Source: Phoronis australis (taxonomy: Eukaryota; Animalia; Phoronida). From it: DNA of 64,000 nt. Under the pieces are notes generated by a model, which was given only the letters and a program-made list of their open reading frames with translations, searched no databases and was not told the origin of the DNA. The stretch covers positions 18,389-82,388 of the forward strand of contig NMRA01000796.1 in NCBI GenBank assembly GCA_002633005.1, in the 5' to 3' direction. Position 1 is the first letter of the stretch. The number at the start of each line of letters is the position of its first letter. This document shows, in pieces, positions 13,599 through 25,500 of this stretch. The translations under genes and the position numbers were made by a program.

Positions 13599-16500
13599 CT
13601 GAAAACCAAACAAACAGAATCAGATATATTATAGTTTGAATACCACCAGGATTGCTGCAACATAACGCACAAAACGGGCAGTTTCATCCTTCATATTGGA
13701 AGAAGCCGGTTACGTCAATTGTGTTGTACGGTAGGGAAGATGGATATAGCCAAGTGATTGTGGGAGTGGTTCTGTATTTTTCACAAGGGCATAACATTCA
13801 GCAAATGCATATTAGACTGTTGTTCATACTTACACCGAATGGCAATTGTTAACCAGATGTATGAAAGCCAATTTACAGTCTGTACTTGCTAGTACTGTGC
13901 CCTCTGATGTACGAAAGCCAATGTACAGTCTCTACTTGCTAGTACTGTGCCCTCTGATGTATAAAAGCCAAACTACAACAGTCTCTACTTCCTAGTACTG
14001 AGCCCTCTGATGTATGAAAGCCAAACTACAACAGTCTCAACTTGATAGTACAGTGCCCTCTGATGTACGAAAGCCAAACTACAAGTCTCAACTTGCTAGT
14101 ACAGTGCCCTCTGATGTATGAAAGCCAAACTACAGCAGTCTCTACTCACTAACACTTTGACCTCTGATGTCTACTAATTAGATGGAGAATGTAGGTTTCT
14201 TAAACTAAAGGTGAGGGGTCAAATCTGTTAAAAAGCTTAACATCATAGTCAATATCTCATTAAATTAAAGTAAAACTAATGCTTGCAATGTACAAAGATG
14301 CCATTCAACCCAGACCAGATATTTATTAAAACCTTCAACCTGAACTTCCTAACACAAAGTAAAAATAATTAATCTAAGCAAAATACGAACCATTTTTGTG
14401 AAGCGGTCTTCACAAGCCATTCTGATCTTCTCTGCTGTGGCAGGACTGTCAATCTGAAAGAGGCCCTGAAAACCAGCATCTGCCCGGGCGGAGTGTATGG
14501 CCTCTTTAATGGCGAAGAAGACAGAGGTGGCCAGGAATAATGGTGGTTCACCAGTTCCCTGCAGTAAACAAAACACTGGTGCTAAACAACAATCTTTTAA
14601 AAGACTCCATATATTAGCCGAAAGCATTTTTCCCTTCAGTAAGCGTTAAAGCAAAATGTCAGATATATAGTTCTGCTGAAGGCAAAATAACTAGTAATGA
14701 CTCGTCACTAAAGCAAACAGAATACATGGTATTGGTAATCCCAACTTGTTCACTAATTTAGGAAATTACCCATTTTTTTCTTATGATACCTGAGAAGGCT
14801 ACTTTTTTGATGGCACAATGATTTTGCTGCCATGCATCACAGCAGCAGGTCTGCACCATTTGTCCAATTTGTGCATGTACAATGTATGCAAGTGTACAAA
14901 ACTACAGCTTCGTATAGGTACTCCAGAACAAGTTGACCTCGAGCATTTTGCTCCATGTTAGCCCAATGTACACTACAATAATTGAGACTAATGGTGAAAA
15001 TACTTGTGTCACTGAGCAGATGCATAACGTAAAATTGCCGTGAGGACTTGACAGGGACCTCAGGGGTTTCACACTCCACTGATTTATCCACATTATTTTG
15101 AAAACGCTTTGCCCAGTCGCACATTGTGTGTCATAAAAGAGATAAGCATACCAGCAGCTGACGCAGCAAGTAGAACTACTCTCGTTTATCACATTGGTGT
15201 AGACTCACAGTTGAACTATGGTTTTCTGTAGACCCCAGACCGTCCCGAGTTGCACCACATACCAACTCGGGACGGTCTCTCACGACGATTAAGCGTTATG
15301 NNNNNNNNNNNNNNNNNNNNNNNNNNNNNNNNNNNNNNNNNNNNNNNNNNNNNNNNNNNNNNNNNNNNNNNNNNNNNNNNNNNNNNNNNNNNNNNNNNNN
15401 NNNNNNNNNNNNNNNNNNNNNNNNNNNNNNNNNNNNNNNNNNNNNNNNNNNNNNNNNNNNNNNNNNNNNNNNNNNNNNNNNNNNNNNNNNNNNNNNNNNN
15501 NNNNNNNNNNNNNNNNNNNNNNNNNNNNNNNNNNNNNNNNNNNNNNNNNNNNNNNNNNNNNNNNNNNNNNNNNNNCAATCATCCTTTGAGCGGTTTGGTT
15601 GATAGAGGGATGGACGCATACCAAATTTCATGAAAATCTGTTCAGGACTTTTGAAGATATAAAGGTAAGCGTAAAAAACTAAAATTGCCACTAGGGGGCA
15701 CACCGGTAGTCGGATCCGTCCAAAAGTCGTCATCTTCTGTTGTTAACATCATATAAATATATTTACACAATTACGTAAAGATCCTGCGAATGGTTTAGGA
15801 GATACAGCCATATGCGCAAAGAAAACAAAACTGCCATTAGGAGGCGCCACAGTAGTCGAAATCGTCGGAAAATCATCGTCAACCATCCTCTACATAGTAT
15901 GCATATACATGCCAATTTCCACAATCATCCTTTGAGCGGTTTGGTTGATAGAGGGATGGACGCATACCAAATTTCATGAAAATCTGTTCAGGACTTTTGA
16001 AGATACAAAGGTAAGCGTAAAAAACTAAAATTGCCACTAGGGGGCACACCGGTAGTCGGATCCGTCCAAAAGTCGTCATTTTTTGTTGTTAACATCATAT
16101 AAATATACTTACACAATTTCGTAAAGATCCTGCAAACTGTTTAGGAGATACAGCCATAGGCGCAAAAAAAAAACAAAACTGCCCTTAGCATGTCGTGAAC
16201 ACATCCACTAGCACAAGAAACTGTAGGAACACCGCATTTATCCACCTTCACTCTTATCAGGCTTCTATTGTGAGTCAGCATGCATGAATAATTGGCTGAT
16301 AAGCCAACTCTAAAACTACTTTTGGCTGAATGGATGACCAGGCCATAAAATGATAATTAGCCAAGACCAGTTACTAATGTAACAAAGAATAATGTCGTAG
16401 CACCAGCTAGCCTTGGTGGAAAGCTGTATACTGTATTGGCTCTAATAAACGCTTAGAAAAATTCATTTCATGGGGAGGGGATTCTTATTGTAGCCTACGG

Positions 16501-19500
16501 CAGTTGAAAGCCGGTTTCCCAAACGGGTAACATCGGAAGCTAGGATTCATAAAATTTACGCTCTGTGACGTATTTTTAGCCTATGACAGTCTTTCTACAA
16601 AATTGTGGTGCATTGCTATGAACTTCCGTTGTTAAATTACGATAATTTTTCAAAAAATTGTGCTCATCACAGGGCGAACACTTGCCGACTGATGCGTCGC
16701 TGAATCGCCATCGTCAATAGGAAAACTTGAACTCTTGAATAAAAATATAGTTTCGACTCAACAAATTACCTGAAATCTTCCTTATGTTCTACAATTTTTA
16801 AAGTCCACGTGGAGTCCAGATTAATTGCGATTAAGTGCAAATCTGCGCTACATCGTACCCCACAACACGAGAAAAATCTCTGGATAAACACACATGTTGT
16901 TGTCACGTGACGTTTGTTTTGAAGTTCGTCTGCGTATGAGAGTGAGTGCCGGAGCGTGCGTGTGTGGGAAATCGACGATAGACTTTTTTGTTACAAAAGG
17001 CGGAGGATTATGCAGGAAAATGGCGTTTACTAGATTGTTTTTTCATTTAAACGGCTGCAACGTGCAAAGTGAGTGCTGGTTAACTCACAGGTTTTGTGTG
17101 CACAGGCCGACGGTCGTTAGCTCTACCGTGGAGTATTAATAGTCCAAGGCTCGATCTACATGTTGGAGACGAAGTAAACTACCCGGGCTGTGTGAAATTT
17201 CTGGGTCTAACGGAGACACTGACGCAGTGGTCAGCCAGCTCGCTGTATCAAGACTATAGTCAAAATCCAAATTCGTTTTATCGTGTCCCTGTCAATAATA
17301 ACGGCATGCTAAAGTTTCTAAAATTTCGTACTTCAAGAACATAACAATCATGTGTTTTGTACACCTACGCGCACGCCGCAGATCACATCTTGGAAATTGC
17401 CGATTTGACGGATGACAATGAATGAGCACAATGAAATTAAACAACGTCGTTTTACAGCTTGTAAGATTCACAATAAACGTATTTTGAATATTGCAATGCA
17501 TGTGTTCCAAAATCTAAATAACTTGGGTCCTATATTTTTGTATTCGTGCGCGCCAATTGAAAGTAATCGTGAGTGTTGCTGTGTTGCAAAATCTCTTATC
17601 CTGGGCCGATTTGAAAAATTCAAAGTTGTACTCATATTTGTTTTCGCTCCTCTTTTCAAATATTACTGTAACAGTACAAACTACTAGTAACTCTCTCCAT
17701 AAAAAGTACAGTCTGCTAGGTAGATTGTAATCAGCTGATCATATCGGCATGAGCGAAGCCAATTATCCTCGCTCGTGACTTGATGAATAGAGCAGCTTGG
17801 CGGCATCCCTTTGATTGTGAGCCGAGCGCGACTCAGCCAAGGTGGATAAATAAGGTCTAGTTCAATTTTCCATACCCCACGCTTTACCTTGACGAGCAGG
17901 GTTAGGACCAATCTTATTTAGTGGGACTGTTCATAGCATGGGAGGCGCCAAAGTAGTCCAAATCGTCTGAAAATCATTGTCAGCTGTCTTTTTTATAGTA
18001 AGCACATACATGCCAATTTTCACAATCATCCTTTGAGCGGTTTGGTTGATAGAAGGGTGGACGCAAAAATACAGTCTCAAAAACAGTAAAAATGGCCACT
18101 AGGTGGCGCAAACTATGTTGAATCCATCTGAAAACGGGAGGATAGCGTCATCTCACTAATAGGTGCCTACATACCAAATTTCATGAAAATCCGTTCAGGA
18201 CTTTTGAAGATACAAAGGTAAGCGTAAAGAACTAAAATTGCCACTAGGGGGCACACCGGTAGTCGGATCCGTCCGAAAGTTCACACATGCCGTCCCNNNN
18301 NNNNNNNNNNNNNNNNNNNNNNNNNNGTTGTACTTTGCAAAATGGAAAGGCATGGTCATTGTCTCCTCAATAGGCTAGGGGCAAAATGTGAGTGATCTTC
18401 ATAATACAAGCACATCCTATACATAAGTTGCTTAAAGCACCACAGAAACATAGAATTAAAAACAAATTTACCAACATACGAGATTAGCACAGCATTAGAA
18501 TGCCAGAAACAAATTTCTACTTGGAACTTTTCTTCTTCTGTTGTTAACATCATATAAATATATTTACACAATTTCGTAAAGATCCTGCGAATGGTTTAGG
18601 AGATACAGCCATAGGCGCAAAGAAAACAAAACTGCCACTAGGAGGCGCCACAGTACTCGAAATCGTCGGAAAATCATCGTCAACCATCCTCTACATAGTA
18701 AGCATATACATGCCAATTTTCACAATCATCCTTTGAGCGGTTTGGTTGATAGAGGGATGGACGCACAAAAACAGACTCGAAAACACTAAAAATGGCCACT
18801 AGGTGGCGCAAACTATGTTGAATCCATCTGAAAACGGGAGGATAGCATCATCTCACTAATAGGTGCCTACATACCAAATTTCATGAAAATCCGTTCAGGA
18901 CTTTTGAAGATACAAAGGTAAGCATAAAGAACTAAAATTGCCACTAGGGGGCACACCGGTAGTCGGATCCGTCCGAAAGTTCACACATGCTGTCCCATTC
19001 ATGAATGGAACATATGTGCCAAATTTAATGAACGTATGTCAAAGGGTTTTGGAGATAAAGCAGCGGACGCCAGACGGACGCCGCCCAGACGGATGGACGG
19101 ATGGAGATCACGGCATAATGCGTCCACATATAAATATGTGGGCGCATAAAAATTGGTGATACATGCTCAGCATACGATGCAGGTTTTTGCATCTGCAGAA
19201 AAGATCCGTGTAAATTGGCAACGGTTGAACTAAATACAAACAGCAAAAGACAAAGGAAATCAAGTGAAGATATTGAGCAAGAATTGTCACAAAAAATTAT
19301 TGCGCAAGCGCAAGTAACATGATTGCAAAACCCAGTTTTTGTGTTTGTATAAACGACACGAAACAAGAAGATATGTGCCTAAAAAGCTGGTGACAAAACT
19401 GACACTGCAATGGCATCTCATTTTTTGTCAACTTTTGTTTACATGTAAGTGGCCCATCAACGCACTCCGTGTAATCAGTGCCTAAGAGGCTGTAGGTTAA

Positions 19501-22500
19501 TAAATATAATAAATAGTATACCCAAAATAACAGTCAGTAATCTCTGTATTTCAATTTGGTTCACAAAATCTCTCGGGTCTATTCAAGTTTATTAGCAGTT
19601 CGACTGCGGTCTAATCATGGATACAATATTACTATTATGTAATCACAGTGTCAATCAGTTGTATGTTCAATACAAACCAACACAGCCATTCCATTGAGGT
19701 CAGAGCCGATACTTCCTGCGGTTTCAATTATGTTAGGCACTTTGTCTGTACTAGTCTCAGCAATGTAGATACTGGATATTGGCAAGTTCAGGGCTCGGCT
19801 AGCAACCTAGAGAGACGCACACCAAAAGTTTCATGGTAATTATGAACCAAGGAAGATACTCCAAGAATATAGCGTGACAATCCATTTCCCAGCTATTAAC
19901 TCTGATCCATGACAGCTGAGTGATCCAAAAAGTAGTGCATGTTTACAGACAGTAAACATAACAAACAAACAGTTAAGCAGAGTAAGATTAAATGCTACAG
20001 GCTGGTTAAGTAAAACTATGGCACTGCACTGCCTTCTCTGGTTCAGCCAAATCAACTAAGACATCTGATTGGTCCGTAAGCAGGAAGCCATCATCACAAA
20101 CCAATCAAATGTGTTAGCTGGATGACCCAGCAGAGTCAGCAAGTGATTCAGATGCAGCCAAAATTTATTCTGAAGTTGTGCATTTACTTGTTTTCAGCTT
20201 TATTGTATTTTACCTTACAGTGGTGAAGAAATGCGGTTGATAAATGTACGGGTTTTTATAGGATTGGAAAATCCATTAAGGCATCTGTCTGTTTACATTC
20301 TTTACACTCAGTTATTTACAATAGACAGTTTACTTTATGATCAGCTTCTGATGGAGAACTGAGCAACAATGACAACAGTTAGTGGTAGAAATGCACAATT
20401 TCAACACCAAAAACAACAGTCAAAATGTTAGCTTCACCACCTTTCAACACCTGATTTAAGTACTTTTAAGGTATTTCATGATTACAGCAGTGTAAACTGT
20501 CTAATTAAACCACAAAGTATATTTCTTGGTGTTTCTTTTAGCAAAAAATATTGATAAAGTAGAATTCCACGTCTACAACATTGCGTGTAAGTTGACTTGT
20601 CTTGTGCCGATAACAGTTCAGTACACACCCACGTACAACCAAACGTTAACATGATTATTAAAGTACATCTTGTCATTACATGGTGATAACAGTGGATAAC
20701 CTGCATTATTTCTTACATGGATTTAATGTAGTAGCATATTTGCCATTTTTTTAATTCCTTGCGACCTGTTGAACATTCACACAAAAGGAAAGAATTGTTT
20801 CCTCCCAGTCAAGTGCACACCGTAATTAGAATGCATTTATTCACTACATATTGAATATAGATAGTATATTCATCTGTAATTACCAACTAGTCTCTTCAGA
20901 ATAAACAGCACTTACTTCCAATGACATTTCACTGTTCACTTATAAGTTACCTGCATCATCTTGGTGTGTAGGCCTTGTCCCATTTCAGTTCCTGCGTGGC
21001 TTATCAGAACAGAGCCATCCTTATACACATGGACCAAAGCCCCAGCTTGATTCATGAACAGAGGGTAGAGTCCCATGCCATACTTGACAGGGACGATTGC
21101 TAGACCACGCTTTCTCCATCGGTTCTCCCTGTAAACATACAATGTCAGAACACAAGTGCATGAAACGTACCATTCAAATGCAGGTGCTTCAAACTTGAAA
21201 GTATTCAAAAAAAAGACTTGAATACAGGGTGTCCCCCCAGATGGGTGATTTTTTCACAACCAGTTTCCTATGAAAGAGTAACGAATAAAAAGTTTCATAT
21301 GAAAGGAAGCATTTTTACGACAAAATTCAAGATTCCCAAACAAACTGTACCCCTGAGGCCTACTTAACAATTAGTGTCAATAATGAGGTCCTTACGACGA
21401 TCGAGATATGTATTTGGTGGATGAGTCATGCCCAGGATCTTACAGTATTTGCCAAACAATTGACTATCGACTGTTTGCTTCCTGTAGAATTCAGATGGGT
21501 GCGAGACATTTCGTTAGTTTTACTTGCAGGTCGACAAATCATCCCCAAGAGCGTAACTATCTGATACTGGGCAAAAGACTGCCAGGAGAACTTTTATTGA
21601 CAAGGTGGATATCTGTATTAATTGAAAACCGCTCTCTGGTGCTTCGTTTGCACTTAAACCAGGTATTTAACCTGCTTGTCTATGCACAACCCAAGACATG
21701 CTTGCAATAAACCAGCCCGAGACTCACCCATTGAAGATATCCACCTCGCACCTCCTCTTCTCATATGACGACTCCTCTATACACTGCTGCCAGCATCGCT
21801 CCAAGTTGCAACCCAGAAAGGGTTGGTTGAAATGGGTCAAGTCCCCCTCTCGATACAAGTTGCTATACCTCACCTAAGCATGAACAACAAAATCAATGAT
21901 ACGCCCAGTTATCGCACCGTAAGGTGCCCATAACACACATTTCACGGTGTATCCTTAGCACACAACAAAACAATTATGAGCACCACAAGCTGAGTACCAT
22001 GAATATAATCGAGTTAACCAACTATGGTCCGTAACTTGTACTGAACTTGAACACCCGCACAGAGCTAATCAAGGTTGGTTTGACAAGGTCACAAGAGTCA
22101 TTGCAAGATATTGCCACATCCTGCAAGCGAAGCACATACACGACCTCATTAATTTAGTGACAAGTATCTTAATTTCAAAATGAACAGGCGCAAGGTCAGT
22201 CGCCAAAATGGTAAACTTTGAAAAAAATTAGTTAGAACTGCCGAATATTCACTCTAAAACAATGAATTAAGAAAATTAATGTTATTTGACAACGGTCCAA
22301 AACAAAAAAGTTCTACCCTGCACCACAAACTAAAACTGATTCAAAGAAGGCACTGTTTATGACTTTTAAACAAGTTAAAGCACCCGTCAATCAAAAAAAC
22401 TGTACCCTAACAGTGTTTCATTGTCAACTGACCTGCTCAGGTGGCAATCCAAGCTTTAAAGCTACATTGGACATAATGCTCTCACAAACAAATATTCCTT

Positions 22501-25500
22501 GTGGTGAACCAAATCCTCTAAAGGCTGTGTTGGAGGCCACATTAGTCTTGCAGACAAATCCCTTGACGTGTACGTTAGGTATTTTGTAAGCACTGTCAAT
22601 ATTGAGAATGGCTAACTGCAACACCTGAAATTAAAGTTAGATTTTAAGGAAAATAGGGTATGTTGTCATGCTGACTTTGTTCAGGGTGCAAATAACGTAA
22701 TATGTTGTAACGCTATTTTCTTCAGGGTGCAAATAGGGTACTACTATGTTGTTATGCTTGCTTAGTTCAAGGTGCAAATGCCTCAGACATAAAGCAAAAA
22801 CTTGAGAACCACAACTTCAAGAAAGCAGCCAATGATATTTATAGACGGTGGTGAGTGTGTGGAAATCTAATGTAGACAAATCAAACAATTGTTGTAAGCA
22901 CATTTATTTATAATGATCCAGCAACAGGCTGTGACTAATACAAGTCTGTTGTGACATGGCTCTAAAGTATCAGGGTCACGCCTTTGGTTTGAATGATAAG
23001 CAGGTCCTGGACAGGGCAAAAATGGTTTGAGCATGGTGTGATGGAGTGGTTTTTGAAAGAATCGAGCCTTTGTCTGTAAACAAAAGATGTTCATGTATGT
23101 GATATCTGGTATATTGTTCAAAGTTTCCAAGTTTGCCTCAAGATCGACAAATGCCTTCCAGTGTTGCAGTGACTTAAAATAGTTGACAATGACCAACTAA
23201 AAGCTGTTGTAACTTCTACACCTTAAGTCTAGGAAAGAACTATAAAGAGTTTTTCCTATCGGGCTAGGAGTAAAGTTGGGGCAATCTATTCACAGTCAGT
23301 CTTATGTTACAGCTGGCTGCGTCAACGGGAATGGTTGCCTTACACGGGGAAGACTAGATCTAGATGGTTTATTATGCCAAGTCCAAAATATGGATTTAGG
23401 GAAGTGGACAAAATTTAGGAAGGTGCTGAAGTTACAGTGGTGGTGCCAAATTTAAGACAGTCAAAAAGACTGGATTAGCAAACTGACTTTAGTTACTACT
23501 TTAATTAAGCAAAGTGCAAAATGCTTGAAGTGCATTATCTTGAATATTAAACAACTAGAAGGATTTTTGAAAGGATTATCCAGCAAATCAATAAATATTT
23601 TGACTGCAAACTGGTCTCAAACTAATTGCAATGTGAAAATAGATTATCTCTCCTAAAAAAGTACAAACCTGGATATGGACAATCCCTATACTCAAAGAAA
23701 TGCCTAACAATTATACAGTCAAAACATTACATCCCAATTCTCAAAATGGCAACCATATAAATACAGCCTACTAAGTTAGGATACCGGCAGCTATTGATGT
23801 CAACTGCCCTTTTATGACTGGCTTCTTTTGTTTGGGGCTAAAGGAACAAAAATAGTTGTCAGCAATAATCGTGGCCTGTTCCTGGCAACATCCTTTCTCC
23901 GTCCATTTAAGACACTGCGGACTACAAAAAACTAAATCTGCCGGCAAAGAGAAATATTGCCAATTCCTACTGCTGCTCTTTTGTTGGCATGTCCTATCCT
24001 TCAGTGTGTAAGCTGCCTGAGCGATACCAACTCGACTTGTGCACACTACTGTACAACACAGCGCTTATCTCAGTGAGCCTATTAATGCCCTCAAAAATGC
24101 AGCGAAATTTGAATGTAGTAGTCAGGGCTTGAAATGACAAATGGCGAGAAACACGGAAATTTTTTTGGCCCGAAACATGCGCGCAGCCAGTCCTGAAAAT
24201 GTCGGTGTGGACCTTTTGCAGACAAAAATCGAAAGGACTAAAAAAAAAACGGTACCACCTCCGGAAGCGTACGTCTGCGTCTGTCTTAGCTCATCCGCCA
24301 CTCCCACCTCCAAACATTTTTGGCTGCAGAGTCGTAGTATTTGTCACCGCGGTTTACAATCACACGAGCCGCCATTGAGGAAATCCACCACGCTATCCCA
24401 GATGCCCCAGCAATGTTGACAATTTACGTTCCTCCAAAACATAAAGAGCAACTTCCGCTTTTCGAGGTAAAAGTCGTCGGCAACGCGACGGTAAGAAAGA
24501 AATGTGCCGCGGAAATTTTATATCAAATCCGATTTTTTTTACGCGGAAATATAATAAAATACGCGGACAGAACATCTGAAAAAAGCGGAAATCCGCGTTT
24601 CCGCGGAAAATTCCATACTATGAGTAGAACATGATGAACAACTTACAGCCGTAGACACGTCGACACTGTTCCCACCATTACAGTACAAGGTTACATCCAA
24701 GGCTATGATCTTCCCCATATCAGTAAATCCAACCTAACAACAATTGAGTGAAGCATTATGGGAATAAAAACTGTTGCCACATTTGCCATCAGATGATAAC
24801 ATTCAAAACACGTTAGCAAGTAAGGGAAAATTAAGCACAAATTAACTGAAATTAAGAAAAGATGTTTTTAAAAATTAATGTCTGTTAAGTTTTTTTGCAA
24901 AAGTCTGCAAGTAACAAAGAAATGCCTAATGATTATCTGAAGAAATTACCAGGGCCCGGTCTCTAATCTTTGTACTCGAAACGAACTAGAAACTATTTTT
25001 GGCAATTTCTCTGCTCCTTTTGTGCGAACTTAAGATAATTGGTTATCAGACTGTGCTCGAATACATTATAGTTTATGCATAGGAGTTTCTAGTTCAAGTT
25101 TGCCCTTGAAGATCCTTATATTCGTGCTACAAACTCGAGTAAAAACTCGAAATTTCGAGTTCAAACTCGAACTTATTGCTTTAATATTGGGTTTACAAAC
25201 TATGAACTAAGGGCAATAAATTATCTACGTAAGTTATTGTGTACTCGAGCATAGAATAATAGACACTTATCTTGAGTTCGCCCAAAAGTTGAGTAGAAAA
25301 TGCCAAACCTAATTTCGAGTTCCATTTCGAGTAAAAAGATTGGAGACCGGGCCCAGGTAATCTTATTTTCACCCAGCAGGACACATCTCCATTAAATGAA
25401 TGTTTATGGTAAGGATGCAATGGGTCTCATCTCTATTAAGGTTTCAGTGTTTAATGCAAATCATTAATGAATACTAATTGAAGTCAGGAATTTTGTCTTG

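Noticed and set aside
13855-14170. CRISPR-like appearance of regular repeats (also 50820-51570 and the modules at 53400-59900)
   Set aside because: Units repeat in full with no unique spacers, no cas genes are present, and the DNA is eukaryotic.
15216-15733. ORFs spanning N-runs (also 3674-4036)
   Set aside because: Artefacts of assembly gaps.
19160-19250. Strong-looking acceptors (TTTTCTGCAG, TGTATTTAG) as the missing XDH exon
   Set aside because: The frames I read do not resemble the expected AC..L..RL.P sequence.
24123-24622. hAT-like MITE with CGGAAA subterminal repeats
   Set aside because: Termini match poorly and there is no 8-bp target duplication; probably a repeat but not classifiable here.
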